The position numbers were made by a program, and so were the translations under genes. DNA of 64,000 nucleotides, taken from the NCBI RefSeq assembly GCF_009914755.1, contig NC_060925.1, one strand, 5' to 3'. The notes beneath the pieces were generated by a model. The model saw only the letters and a list, made by a program, of their open reading frames with translations. It searched no databases and had not been told where the DNA came from. The DNA comes from the human T2T-CHM13v2.0 reference genome, Homo sapiens. This document shows, in pieces, positions 35,504 to 55,207 of the stretch. Position 1 is the first letter of the stretch. Every line of letters starts with the position of its first letter.

Positions 35504-35573
35504 ATGTACTTTAGTGACCTCTATAGTATTCTCTTAGTAACAAGAGAATACTATAGAGGTCACTAAAGTACAT
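35504..35573. repeat. Perfect inverted repeat, 32-bp arms and 6-nt loop
   Basis: ATGTACTTTAGTGACCTCTATAGTATTCTCTT (35504-35535), AGTAAC, then its exact reverse complement (35542-35573). Confidence 0.97.
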
Positions 35574-35584
35574 TAGAGAAATAG

Positions 35585-35882
<298 letters not shown>

Positions 35883-36789
35883 TGATCCGCCTGCCTCGGC
35901 CTCCCAAAGTGCTGGGATTACAGGCGTGAGCCACTGAGCCCGGCCGAATTGTCCCAAACTCTTTTGGGGCTTTTATAAATTTAGAGTTTCTGAGTTGATA
36001 CTCCTTGATCTTCCATGGGCTGTACAGTGCTACTTTTGTTGATGTAAATTGCCAAGTAATAACAGCACTTAGTATGTGTCAGGAACTGTTGTAAGTTAAT
36101 TATAAGTGAATTAACATGAATTAGGTTGTGTTGTTATCCTCATTTTTATATGAAGAAAATGAGGAACAGAGATACTAAGAAATTTGCCCAAGGTTACACA
36201 GCTAATAAATTGATAACTTAATGTTTAGTGGGTTCAAGTGTATTTGTTTAGACTTCAAATCCACTTCTGCTGAATTCTCAGCACCTACCCCTAGTGTACT
36301 GTAAATATAAATATTTTAAGGAGTGAGAACATGGGACGAGAACTTCACGTTCCTAGCTCAGGATTGGAGTTCTACTTATGAGCAAGAATTCTTTCCCATC
36401 TTTTTACATCGTATGACTGACTTTAATTACTGGAAGAATTGAGGAATTTGTTTTGTGTTAATCATAATTGATGCTGTAATACTTCACTGTTGGTTTAGTT
36501 CTTTAGTTCTTTATCCACCTCGTCCTGTCATCAGGTCCCCATGGCTAAGAAGATTCATGGTAAAGTTTGTTAATTAAAAGTAATATTTTTAAATTTTATA
36601 AAAATCAGAAGGGTTCTAGGACCATATGGAATCTGTATTGGTAATCTCTGGTTCTAGGTTTTCTATACTGGATTTGGGAAGAGAAGTAGAGTGGAGTATT
36701 GGGATTTACTTTGTCTTAAAAATATCCTTAGAAGTAAAACATGTAAAAACATATTTACTCCTAAATATCCTTAGGAATATAACATTTAG

Positions 36790-37038
<249 letters not shown>

Positions 37039-37233
37039 TGATCTGCCCGCCTTGGCCTCCCAAAGTGCTGGGATTACAGGTGTGAGCCACTGTGCCTGGC
37101 CAAATACTTGAATATTCTATATGGTTTTGACAGTTTCAGTTGAATGGGAACTGAGTTGCGGGGAATTAAAGATACTTCAGAGAACTGACTGGTTATTCCT
37201 TCATTCTACAGTTGGCTTAAATAACTGTGATTG

Positions 37234-37288
37234 ATGGCCATGCAGGAGAAATATCCAACTGAGGGGATCTCTCACGTCACTTCACCGA
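37234..37288 (+). CDS. CEP85: CEP85 exon 2 coding part (MAMQEKYPTEGISHVTSP); exon starts at 37212
   Basis: Acceptor ttctacag at 37211; ATG at 37234; donor A|GTGAGT, phase 1; matches the recalled CEP85 N-terminus. Confidence 0.93.
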
Positions 37289-37763
37289 GTGAGTAGTCAG
37301 AAGTTTTCTGGGTTAAATTCTGACCTTTGTTCTGTTTTTTCATATTCCTTAAGGTAAATATTGAACAAACAAGCATTCACTGAAATGCTGGTGCTAAAAG
37401 AATAAAAATAACATGGGGCTTCATTGAATATAAAAACAGGTCTCTGAGGGAACAAGTATTTATCTCTTGTGCTATGTGGCTTTCAACAGGACCACGTGGT
37501 TGGGAGAGGACGACATATAAAGGATTGGAACAGAATGACTTTGGAACATAGTTCCATTTGAAATCAGAAAAACACAGCATAAATTACTGTGTTCTATGTT
37601 GTCTTTGTCCTCTGGGTGGGTCAGTCATCTGCTAGCCCACAAAGATAGGAATTCTGCTTGGATGCCAACAGATTCCGTTGCATTGTTACTAGAAACTCAG
37701 GAATTTATCTTCAGAATGGATTAACAAGATTTTGAAACTTCAGTAGATATATTAAATATATAC

Positions 37764-38439
<676 letters not shown>

Positions 38440-38640
38440 TTAAGTAGATAATATATATTTCAAATAAGTAATATTTTAGAAAAATGACTTGTTGAATTCT
38501 GGGGTATTGGTAAAGAAGAGGGCACGTTTAATTCAACTCAGGGTATGTTTTATTTAACTTTAAAATCTCACAGTGCCTTACTCAGCGTAGATATTTGGTA
38601 AATGTTTGGTGTATTCTCTTAGGCATGCTGCCTTGCATAG

Positions 38641-38940
<300 letters not shown>

Positions 38941-39051
38941 TGATCTGCCCGCCTGGGCCTCGCAAAGTGCTGGGATTACAGGCGTGAGCCACTGCACCCG
39001 GCCTCAGGAAATATTTTTTAAACATCTGCTATGTGCTGCACATTCTCTTAG

Positions 39052-39402
<351 letters not shown>

Positions 39403-40592
39403 TAGTAGAGACGGGTTTCGCCATATGCCCAGGCTGGTCTCCAACTCCTGAGCTCAGGTAATCTGCCCACCCCCGCCTCCCAAAGTGCTAGGATTACAGG
39501 CATGAGCCACTGCACCCGGCCAACTTCAGCATTTAAACTTCAATTTTGAAATAAGTGTAAACCTCTATAAATATACCAAAATATATTTTTAACAAATAAC
39601 TCTTTGGAATTAGGGTATGGAGTAGGTGGATGGAAAAATGGTAGCGATGAAGAGTGGAAGATTAGTAGTAGTAACAGGGAAGCGGTTTCCAGTAGGAAGT
39701 CAGGAAGATGGTAATAGAGGCCCTCAATCTTAACTGTTTCAAAAGGCCTGGCAAATTTTACACTGACTAGAGAGAAAAAGCTGTGTAGACTCACCAGAAG
39801 GTGGGATTTCTTTGCTTTGGGCTAGAATTACACCAACTTAGTATAGTAGCATTGGCTAATCTCATGCCGCTCAGAAACTCGGATTGTTGCCTGTGTCTTC
39901 TATAACAATTACAGATTACTGAGTGTATAAAGATTCTTTCAAATCAGGCAGTCACTGTGATCCAAAGAATAGAAGAAGTATTTGGGGAAAGTCAGGTTGC
40001 CTTCAGTAGAAAGCCAAAGTAAGGGTAGCAAAAAATGAGCAAAAGTAGAAGAAAATAGATTAAAAAGATGAGAGAAGCACTAAACTTGGAAGAAAGGAAT
40101 AAAGTAATTTGTGTCCAAATTACTTTGGGCGTAATCATTTAGTGGGAGCAATCATTTGCCTCCCACTAGATCAGCGAGTCTGTAGAACCGTATTTTCTGA
40201 AATCGGCTTTCACACTTTAAGTTAAATGGAGGATAAGTAGCTGCCATTAGTTTTTTTGTTTGTTTGTTTGTTTATTTGTTTACATGGATCACCAGATACA
40301 CCTTAGGAAAATTATAGTGGTTTTTAGAAAATAAATTTAAGTCTTTGCTAGAATGTTAGTGAATCAAGTATTTATTGAACACTTCCTACCTACCTCCCCC
40401 CAAACAGCATATTTTAAATCAAATAAATCTCATCAGTCTTTTTGTCTTAACCTTCTCAGCAGTTTTAGTGATATCTTCACGTTGCTCTCAAGATAAAGCC
40501 CTAGGCTCTTCAGATTGACTTTCAAAACTCACCTTGATCTCAATAGGATTCACCTATTGAGGGTACCCTGGTTCAGTGAAGCAATGATTTTC

Positions 40593-40680
40593 TTTTTTTT
40601 TTTTTTTTTTCTGAGATGGGGTTTCGCTCTTGTTGCCTAGGCTGGAGTGCAGTGGCGCAATCTTTGCTCACTGCAACCTC
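40593..40680 (-). mobile_element. Severely 5'-truncated Alu with 15-bp TSD
   Basis: GAAGCAATGATTTTC at 40578-40592 and 40681-40695 flanks a poly(T) plus ~65 nt of Alu 3' end. Confidence 0.9.
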
Positions 40681-41618
40681 GAAGCAATGATTTTCAACTG
40701 GGGACTGGACTGCTTGTTGCCCTAGGAATCATTTGGAACTATATGGTTATTTTCTGGTTTCACAGTGATGGTGGGGGTTGCTGCTGGCATTCAGTGAGTG
40801 GGAACCAGGGATGCTAAACCATTCTGTAATGTATAGACTACACATTGAAGAATGGTCATCCCCAGAATGCCAAAAGCACCATTGAGAAACTGTAAGAAAG
40901 AGGAAAGAATGTGGGTTTTGGAATCAGAAAGAACTGGATTCAAATATCAGCCCTCCCCTCTGTAAAATAGGGGTGGTAATACTTTTCAGTAAGTAGGTAG
41001 GCAAGATTATGTTTGTAAGGTCCTGTGGCTTTACAGGTTTCAATAAATGGCCACTGCTATTAAATATGATTGTTTTCTGTTCCAGTACTCCTGGATTCTT
41101 CATGGGTCTTATTAACATCTTTGAATATTCTCACTTCTCATACTATTTCCACTTAAAATTAACTAGCTCAGGCTTGGCGCAGTGGCTCACACCTGTAATC
41201 CCAGCACTTTGGGAGGCCAAGGCGGGTGGATTATGAGATCAGGAGTTCAAGACCAGCCTGGCCAAGATGGTGAAACCCCGTCTCTACTAAAAATATAAAA
41301 ATTAACTGGGCGTGGTGGTGGGCGCCTGTAATCCCAGCTACTCGGGAGGCTAAGGCAGAGAATTGCTTGAACCCAGGAGGTGGAGGCTGCAGTGAGCTGC
41401 GCGCCACTGCACTCAAGCCTGGGTGACAGAGCAGACTCCGTCTCAAAAAAAAAAAAAAAAAAAAAAAAAACTAGATCGGAGCAGCTGAAATAGGCACAGG
41501 AGAGAGAAAGGGGTGGGTTGCTGCTATTCTCTTAGGTTTATGTGATTTTTTAAAAAAAGATCTGATGGGGTTACATCAGCTGGTTCACAGTAAAGGTGGG
41601 AAATGCCTCTTGTTTCAG

Positions 41619-41771
41619 GTTCCGATGTGATTCAGAAGGGCAGTTCCCTGGGGACTGAATGGCAGACCCCAGTTATCTCGGAGCCCTTTCGGAGCCGCTT
41701 CAGCCGCTGTTCAAGTGTAGCCGACAGTGGGGACACAGCCATTGGTACATCATGCTCAGATATTGCGGAGG
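41619..41771 (+). CDS. CEP85: CEP85 exon 3
   Basis: tttcag|GT ... G|GTAAGT, 153 nt; SDVIQKGSSLGTEWQTPVISEPFRSRFSRCSSVADSGDTAIGTSCSDIAE. Confidence 0.95.
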
Positions 41772-43554
41772 GTAAGTTTGTATTAATGATTTGATTACCA
41801 ATATGTGTTCTCATTTTCAGATTGCATTTTGGGTATATTGGCATTTCCAGATTGTGTTATTTCCAGAATGTTCATAACGTCATTCCATTTCATTCAAGGA
41901 GTCTCTCATTCTTCTTACCCTGTGCTTCTCACATCTGGTCCCTTTATCTAAATTTCTACTTTTTATCTTATCTGAAACAACTTTGTTGGGGGGTGGGGAG
42001 ACAGGGTCTCACTCTGTCACTCAGGTTGGAGTGCACTGGCATGATCATAGCTCACTGCAGCCTCCCATGCTGAGGTAATCCTCCCACCTCAGCCTCCTAG
42101 GTAGCTGAGACTGCAGGTATGCACCACCGTGGCTGGCTAATTTTTTGTGTGTTTTTATAGAGATGGCGTTTTGCCATGTTGCCCAGGCTGGTCTGGACTC
42201 CCAGACTCAAGAGAACCACCTGCCTCGGCCTCCCAAAGTGCTGAGATTACAGGAATGAGCCCCTGTGCCTAGCCTTTGAAACAACTTTCTGATAGGTTAA
42301 TTGGCCTCAAGTCTTTCCCTCTGCTGCCAGATTATTTTTGCTAAAAGCCTAATTTCATAGTTTCCTATAAATCTTCAATAACTCCTATTGCTTGGGCGAT
42401 GAAGTTCAGAGTCTTCCGTTCTGTGATCGTCCCTATCCCACCCACTCAAACATATTTCCTGCTGTCACCAAGTCTGAACGTAAAGTCCTGTTTTTTGTTT
42501 TGTTTCTATTAATTTTTTGAGATGGTCTCACTCTGTCACCCAGGCTGGAGTGCAGTAGTGCCATCATGCTCACTGCAGCCGTAAACTCCTAGGCTCCTGA
42601 GTAGCAGGGACTACTAGCATGGTGCCACCACACCCAGCTATTTTTTTTTTTTTTTCATTTTTTGTAGAATTGAGATCTTGCTATATAGCCCAGGCTGGTC
42701 TCAAACTCTTTGCCTGAAACGATCCTATTGCCTCAGCCTCCCAAAGTGCTGAGTGCTGGGATTACAGGCTGGAGCCACCATACCCAGCTGGTTTTTGGTT
42801 TCTGATACTGGGGCTCTTTTTTTCCTTCTTTAATCTGGGCCCATGTATGCGATGCCTGCCTCCTCTTGCCTTTCCTAGCTATGCTGATGTTACTATTCAA
42901 GATCCAGCAAATGTCCCGCAGGCTTTTCCCATCCCTTGCACTCATTAGTCATATCATTCTCCTTGCATTCTTGTATCTTTATTATCTCTGCCACTTGTTT
43001 TCACACTTAAGTATTGACAGGCAATACTTTATAAGGGCATTTTGTTTTTCCGTTTAGATTGGTGAGTTCTAGAAGGCAGAGAACCTAATTGATAATAATT
43101 AACTACTGTTGATTGTATGCTTTGTGATAGATACTATAAATTTTTTCTGTATTATTTCACTAAAGCCCTTAAGAAGCCTATAATATGTCTTCTTATTTCC
43201 ATTTTACGGATGAAAAGGCTGAATTTCAAAGTGATTGAATGAGTTTCTTAAAGTCACAAAACTTGTCACTTTGATAATCATATGTTGTAATTTTAAAACA
43301 TCTACTCCACAGCCACTTGGATGGCTATATTCCAGAAGATAACAATCCTAGCTACTTGGGAGGCTGAGGCAGGAGGATCACTTGAGCCCAGGAGTTTGAG
43401 ACTAGCCTGGGCAGCATAGTGAGACCCTGTCTCAAAAAAAAAAAGTAAGTTCAATCACTTTGTTACACAGGTTGCGTGTGTGACTCCGTTTTTTATTCCT
43501 CTAGGGAAATACATATGTATTTCCCTTCTGTGCACTCTTTTTAAATTGTAGCAG

Positions 43555-44830
<1,276 letters not shown>

Positions 44831-45905
44831 GTTTTTGTTTTTTGTTTTTCTTAAATAGGTATGAGCTGAGAGGAGTAAATTTAAAAATGAAAAGAAAAAA
44901 AAAAAGCCAGGGACAGTGGTCTGTACCTATAGTCCCAGCTGCTCCCAAGGCTGAGGTGGGAAAATCACTTGAGCCCACGAGTTTGAGTACAGTCTGGGCA
45001 ACATAGTGAGATCTTGTCTCCAAAAAAAAAAGAGGGTAGTGGGGACCACATCTACTATTACTGGTTCCTAGACATCTAGCATTAATTTTAGTTTTTGTTT
45101 GTTTGTTTTATAAAGATAGGGTCTCTTTTTGTCACCCAGGCTTGAGTGCAATGGCGTGATCACAAGCTCATTGCAGCCTTGAACTCCTGGGCTCAACCTA
45201 TCTTTCCACCTAAGCCTTCCGAGTAGCTGGGACTACAGGCGTGTACCATCACACTCAGCCAGTTTGTTTTGTTTTGTTTTGTTTTGTTTTGCGTGTGGAG
45301 TCAGGTTCTCACCATCTTGCCCAGGATGGTTCTTGAACTTCTGGGCTCAAGCAGTCCTCCTGCCCTGACTTTCCAAAGTGCTGGGATTACAGGTTTGAGC
45401 CACTGCACCCAGCCCCTAGAGTTAATTTTGATAGTTTGACAACTATGTGTATAATGGGGACTGTGCTCAGTAACTATTGAGTAGAATTGAATCATAGATT
45501 TTGAGGTACACAGGACTTCAAAAATTGCCTCTGCTCGTTTTGATTGGTGAATAACAAAAATTCCCCAAGGAGTTAAGTAACTTGCCTAACATCATACAGC
45601 TGGTTATCAGATTCTGGTCTCCTGACTGTGTAATATTCTATCAATTGTGTAATCAAAAATCTTACTGTTAATTTAATTTTCACTTGTTAAGGTTTTGTCT
45701 ACATGTGCAGTCATAGGACCTTTTTATTTTGATTAAATAATAGATATTTTTAAAATCAATCAGTGGTCTAGATTTTTCCCCCATTGAAATGACCAGCTGT
45801 ATTTAATTCAGTTACATTGCTACACAGATTGTGTGTGTGACTCTCTTTTTTATTCTTTTGGGAAAATAACTTACATTCTAGTGCATTTTTTAAAAGTTGT
45901 AATAG

Positions 45906-46169
<264 letters not shown>

Positions 46170-46173
46170 TGAA

Positions 46174-46219
<46 letters not shown>

Positions 46220-46552
46220 AGACCGAGTCTCGCTCTGTTGCCCAGGCTGGAGTGCAGTGGGGCAATCTCGGCTCACTGCAAGCTCCGCCTTCCGGGTTAA
46301 TGCCATTCTCCTGCCTCAGCCTCCCAAGTAGCTGGTACTACAGGCACCCGCCACTACGCCCGGCTAATTTTTTGTATTTTTAGTAGAGACGGGGTTTCAC
46401 CGTGTTAGCCAGAATGGTCTCGATCTCCTGACCTCACGATCTGCCCACCTCGGCTTCTCAAAGTGCTGGGATTACAGGCGTGAGCCACCACGCCCAGGCC
46501 TAGACATTTTTTAAACTGCTATGTTTGTTACATACCATGATCCTAATCTTAA

Positions 46553-46792
<240 letters not shown>

Positions 46793-47637
46793 TGATCCAC
46801 TCACCTTGGCCTCTCAAAGTGTTGGGATTATAGGCGTGAGCCACTGCTCCTGGCCTCTAATCTTAACTCTTACACATTTTGTTCATGAATCTAGCTTGCG
46901 GTCTAGTTGACAAGAACCCCTGTGACTGGTATACAGTATAGTTCATTGTTGCATCTTTAAATTTAATAGGCATGCTTTTGATTCCACCCTTCTTCACTAA
47001 GGTGTTTTACCTTGGAAGATTCTCGAGGGACAGAGTAGAGGTGGGTACTGAAGAGTTCAGAATGCTTTCAGCTCTTTGCAAAAGACTGAAATAGTCACTG
47101 GTGTAATTCAGGCTACTGAATCACTTCAGGTGTAGACTGAAGTGACTGAGATTTGGTAATAGCTGAATCTACCCTTACTGTGAAAGGAAGTTTGCTCAAA
47201 AATGAGTTGTTTTTTAGGGTGGGGAGGGGTCATAAAATGTGGTTAAGTAGGGGAGAGATTTAGAACTATATTCTTAAAATGGCAAAACCCCAAAGTTTTT
47301 GGGAACTGTAGATTTCTGTAAATAAAAATCACATATCCCATGCATTGTATTTTTTAAAGAGATGGATCTCACTGTGTTGCCTACACTGGAGTGCAATGAC
47401 TGTTCACACAGGTACCATCATAGTGTACTATAGCCATGAACTCGGTGGGGCTCAAGTAATCCTCCTGAGTTAGACTACTGAGTAGCTGGGCCTACAGAGA
47501 TGCACCACCTGCCTGGTTCCCATACACTAAATTTTGAATGCCTTTGAAAATTGTAGAAGATAGAGGTCCCTTTGAAAATGAGTGTTGCTATTTCATTTCA
47601 AAATATTCTAAACCACAGACCAGACTTACGGTGTAAC

Positions 47638-47976
47638 TCAGGTCCCCAACTCCTGGCCCGTGGACCAGTACCAGTCCATGGCATATTAGGAACCAGGCCA
47701 CACAGCTGGAGGTGAGCAGCAGGCGAGCAAGCATTACTGCCTGAGCTTGCGCCTTCTGTCAGATCAGTGGTGACATTAGATTCTCATAGGAGCACGAACC
47801 CTATTGTGAACTGTGCATGTGAGGGATCTAGGTTGCTCAGTCCTTACGAGAATCTAATGCCTGATGATCTGAGGTGGAACAGTTTCATCCTGAAACCATC
47901 CCCCCAACCATCGTCTGTGGAAAAATTGTGTTCCACAAAACGATTCCCTGGTAACAAAAAGGTTGGGAACCGCTGG
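47638..47976 (+). mobile_element. MER1B-like hAT DNA transposon
   Basis: CAGG.TCCCCAAC start and AAGGTTGGG.ACCGCTG end; internal GATTCTCATAGGAGCACGAACCCTATTGTGAACTG. Confidence 0.8.
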
Positions 47977-48191
47977 TGTAACTTTACATTTCATAGCACA
48001 GTTAGTCTGAATCAGGCAGTTTACTTAATATAAATAGATAAACCCAATAGATAAGTTAAAAATGTGGACAAAGACCTCACCTTAATTTTCTAATATGTCC
48101 ATTTATCATCTATAAAAAATTAGAAAAGCCATATTCTTCTGGGTCAGTTGGTACTTTTCTTCTTGGCTTTGGTTTTGGCATTATTTTGGGG

Positions 48192-49196
<1,005 letters not shown>

Positions 49197-49484
49197 GGGG
49201 GTGTGGGCTCAAAACTGAATTTGGTGAATCTAGAGAGAGTGGTGCTATGGATGGAGACTGGAAGGAGGTATTGCAAAGTTCATGGTAGCAACCCCTCATG
49301 TGCTACAACCTCACAGTCTTCTGTTTTGTAATTACACCGTGGGAGCAGTGACCCTTGGTAAGAACTGATAACTATGGTGCTGTTATGGAGGATTTAAAAC
49401 ATATTGCTTATGGTTAAGCACGGTGGCTCATCCCTGTAATCCCAGCACTTTGGGAGGCCGAGACAGGTGAATCACTTGAGGTTA

Positions 49485-49727
<243 letters not shown>

Positions 49728-49832
49728 TCACACCTGTAATCCCAGCACTTTGGGAGGCCGAGGCGGGCGGATCACCTGAGGTTGGGAGTTCAAGACCAGC
49801 CTGACCAGCATGGAGAAGCCCTGTCTCTACTA

Positions 49833-50040
<208 letters not shown>

Positions 50041-50806
50041 TTATCACTAGCAGTCTGCCTTAACCTTGTGTACTAGTCCTATATTTAAGTTGTGAGACAT
50101 CAGAAACTGGGTCCTTTAACTGAGAAATTTCTTTCTTGGTCCTGAGAGACTAATGCATGTTATCAGAACTTATTCAGGTTTTTGTTTTGTTATGTGTGTG
50201 TGTGTTTTTTTAGTGTGGCCTTTTATATATCCCCAAGATCATCTTCAGTATAGCAAATTAGATACTATGCATGTAATATAAGGCTTGCACGTCTTTTTTT
50301 AAAGTATTTATTCCTCCTGTCTAACCGAAATGTTTTACCCTTTGATCAGCATCTCTCGATTCCCCCTGCTCCCAGCTTCTGGTAACCACAATTATTCTCT
50401 CTGTTTCTATGTGTCGAGGTTTTTTTTAGCTTCCACATATAAGTAAGAACGTGCAGTATTTGTCATTTTGTGCCTGGCTTATTTCTCTTAGTGTCCTCCA
50501 GTTTCATCCATGTTGTTGCAAGTGACACAACTGACATCTTTTATAAGGCTGGTATTCCGTTGTGTAATATACTGCATTTTCCTTATCTGTTCGTCTGTTG
50601 ATTCTATAACTTGGCTATTGTGAATAATTACTCAGTAAACATGGGATTGTAGATATCTCTTGGACATACATATTTCATATCGTTTGGATATATACCCAGA
50701 AGTGGATTGCTGGATCATATGGTAACTATTTTTAGTTTTTTGAGGAGCTACATACTCCATTGTTTTCCACAGTGGCTGTGTTACATTCCCCCCAACTGTG
50801 TACTAG

Positions 50807-51055
<249 letters not shown>

Positions 51056-51219
51056 TAGCCAGGATGGTTTCGATCTCCTGACCTCATGATCCCCCCTCCT
51101 CAGCCTCCCAAAGTGCTGGGGATTACAGGCATGAGCCACTGCGCCCGGCCTCATCTTTTTCATCATAGCCATTCTGACAGGTGTGAGGTGGCTTGCCCAT
51201 ATTTTTAAAGAGTTGCTTA

Positions 51220-51408
<189 letters not shown>

Positions 51409-52631
51409 TCACGCCACTGTGCTCCAGCCTGGGTGACAGAGTGAGACCCCATTTCAAAAAAAAAAGTTGTTTAATGAGAAGGTCGTAGCTGATCTATACT
51501 TACATAATTCTGGGAACAATTATAGTATTTGTTGTTGTTATCTGAGTGTTCTCTGTGTTGGTTGCTGGGGAGAAAAAGAAACAAGTTGGTAGTCGCTCTT
51601 CTCCGTGGTAGATATGCTTGATTTGGGAACGAGTACTGAATATAGTTGAAAAGAGAAGAAATTGGTATTCCTTATTTCCTTATTCAGTTTTCTGCCTGCT
51701 GAAAGCAATAAGTATGTTACCTCACATTCCTCCCTTATTGTTTGCTTGCAGTAGTCCCCCTCAGAGTAGTACTTGAAAGTTGGAAATAGGTAGAAATGTG
51801 AACCTTGTATAGTAGGGCTAATCAAGGGTTGTCTCCCAAGACCAGGCAGGAGCCAAAGGAAACACAAATTCAGTCTGAAGGAAAAGTTAAAAAAAAAAAA
51901 ACACAGTTGGGTACACACAAGGGGGCAAGTGAAAGGCAAAATATAAAATAGAGGATTTCAGTGTGTACCCAATTGAGAGTGCTCACTGTGCTAGAGTGAA
52001 ACCTGAGAGTTACTAAGAATAACTTCACATATCCAGGCAGTCAGGTTTGGGGTATGGGAGAGAGAACAGAATCCTGCCTCAGATGCCATACTCCCTGTCC
52101 TGCATACTGAGCAAGACTGTCTAGTTCGCTTCATTCTTCAGATAGTTTGGACTCGTTGCTCACCTTCCTGGGGGAGCTTTTGGAGGTCGCAGAAGATTCT
52201 GGTGACTCTTGGAAAGGATATTTTTATTAGATTTGATTATAGCTGAGAGTTGTCCAGCTTCCAGAAGAGTAGGACCTAACTCATTTTCCTTAAGTAAGTA
52301 ATTTGTTTTAAAGTTTAAATTTTTTAAAAAACTTTTTAAAAGTTTTTCAGCTTTGTCTGTTGACTGACAAGATTTTTTTTATTCCAGTACAAAGGACTAA
52401 GTTAAAAGTGAAGTCATTATTGCCTTTTGTTAGTTTACCTTGTGAATGGCATTTGAGATCCTGGAACATACATCTCCCAGTTTGGTTGCCGTTTCTTTCT
52501 GCCTGATACTTTTGATGATGGTGCTCTCTCTGCTTGGTCTCAGGACAGGCCGAGAGCTTCTGGCATAGCATTCAAACTCAAGAAAGCTTGCTACTTCAAT
52601 TTTTACTTATGGAAGACTATTCTCTCCCCAG

Positions 52632-53326
52632 ATTTTTGCAGCTCAAGTGGCAGTCCTCCTTTCCAGCCCATCAAAAGCCACGTAACCATTCCAACAGCCC
52701 ATGTGATGCCTTCTACTTTAGGGACCTCTCCTGCCAAGCCAAATTCTACACCTGTTGGACCCTCTTCCTCTAAACTCCCTTTGTCAGGGTTGGCTGAAAG
52801 TGTGGGAATGACAAGAAATGGAGACCTCGGTGCAATGAAACATTCTCCAGGCCTATCTAGAGATCTCATGTATTTCTCTGGTGCTACTGGAGAAAATGGA
52901 ATTGAGCAGTCCTGGTTTCCAGCAGTGGGCCATGAAAGACAAGAAGAGGCGAGGAAGTTTGATATTCCTAGCATGGAATCTACCCTCAATCAGTCGGCAA
53001 TGATGGAGACACTTTATTCAGATCCTCACCACCGAGTCCGCTTCCACAACCCAAGAACCAGCACAAGTAAGGAGTTGTACAGAGTGTTGCCTGAGGCCAA
53101 GAAGGCACCGGGCAGCGGGGCAGTGTTTGAGCGGAATGGACCACATTCTAATAGCAGTGGGGTCCTCCCTTTGGGACTCCAGCCTGCTCCCGGGCTCTCC
53201 AAGCCTCTGCCCTCTCAGGTGTGGCAGCCGAGTCCTGACACTTGGCATCCCCGAGAGCAATCTTGTGAACTCAGCACTTGTCGGCAGCAGCTGGAATTGA
53301 TTCGTTTACAGATGGAGCAAATGCAG
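52632..53326 (+). CDS. CEP85: CEP85 exon 4
   Basis: ccccag|AT ... CAG|GTAGAG, 695 nt, open frame DFCSSSGSPPFQPIKSH...RQQLELIRLQMEQMQ. Confidence 0.96.
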
Positions 53327-53715
53327 GTAGAGGTCTATCTTTCCTTGGATTTTCTAGGTTCTGTACAGTTCTTAGAATTGTAATAGCTTTTGTCCTTTGA
53401 ATTTTGGCTTAAAGAAAATAGCTGTAAAAAGAAGGAAGATGTTTGTAGACAGGAAATACAGGCTTGTGAGCTGTTGGCCATTGAATCTGTTTGGTAGTCA
53501 AATTAAGCACCAGATAGGGTCTCCAAAATAGCAAAAGGTTACAAAGGAAAACCTAAAAACGTATTTATACGTCACTAGGCTAAGTACTTTCACATACAGC
53601 ATTTTATTTAATCTTCATAGTGTACTAACGAGGTAGATGTAGAAACTTACCAGGTACTTAGACTACATAATCTGTACGGGGTCATAGAGTTGGTAATTGG
53701 CAGAGCTGGGGTTTA

Positions 53716-54292
<577 letters not shown>

Positions 54293-54386
54293 TGATCCGC
54301 CCGCCTCAGCCTCCGAAAGTGCTGGGATTACAGGGGTGAGTTACTGTGCCTGCCTGTATTTTCCTTTTTTTGTTTTGTTTTGTTTT

Positions 54387-54387
<1 letters not shown>

Positions 54388-54433
<46 letters not shown>
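54388..54433. repeat. (TG)n microsatellite in an Alu tail
   Basis: Direct reading, about 22 units. Confidence 0.95.
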
Positions 54434-54436
<3 letters not shown>

Positions 54437-55073
54437 GGAGACAGAGTCTTGCTCTGTCGCCCAGTGGCATGATCTTGGCTCACTGCAACCTCCACCTCTC
54501 AGGTTCAAGCAATTTTCCTGCCTCAGCCTCCTGAGTAGCTAGGACCACAGGCGCATGCCACCACGCCTGGCTAATTTTTTGTATTTTTTATTAGAGACGG
54601 GTTTTCACCCTGTTGCCCATGCTGGTTTAGAACTCCTGAGCTTGGACAATCTGCCCACCTTGGCCTCCCAAAGTGCTGGGATTACAGGCGTGAGCCACCG
54701 CACCCAGCATATTTTCTTTTAAAAAATCCTTGTGCTGCTGAAGAGTGGGAAGGAAGGGAGCAGACATATTCCCCTTCCTTGGTTGGTGAGGACATCCTAG
54801 CTCCTGGTTTGCCTCTGTTGCTAGATAATAAAAGATAACTGACCTTTTCTTAGAAACTAGAGCCTTTTTGAACAGGGAGTGTTCAGTTGGCAGAAGCCTT
54901 CCTGGCAGGTTCTTTCCAGTCATGCCTCAGAGCTAAAATTATTTCATAAACATTGGGCCTCATCAGGCTGAGCCAAGTTGGGCCTTGACTACAGACCCAG
55001 CTGATTACTGCTCAGGTGTTTTCAGGCGTGTATGGGTCAAGATCAAGCTCATCTGGGCCTACTTGCCTTTCAG

Positions 55074-55207
55074 CTTCAGAATGGAGCCATCTGCCACCAT
55101 CCTGCTGCTTTTGGTCCTTCACTGCCCATCTTAGAGCCAGCACAGTGGATCAGCATCTTGAACAGTAATGAACACCTTCTGAAGGAAAAAGAGCTTCTCA
55201 TTGACAA
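55074..55207 (+). CDS. CEP85: CEP85 exon 5
   Basis: tttcag|CTT ... AA|GTAAGA, 134 nt; LQNGAICHHPAAFGPSLPILEPAQWISILNSNEHLLKEKELLID. Confidence 0.94.
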
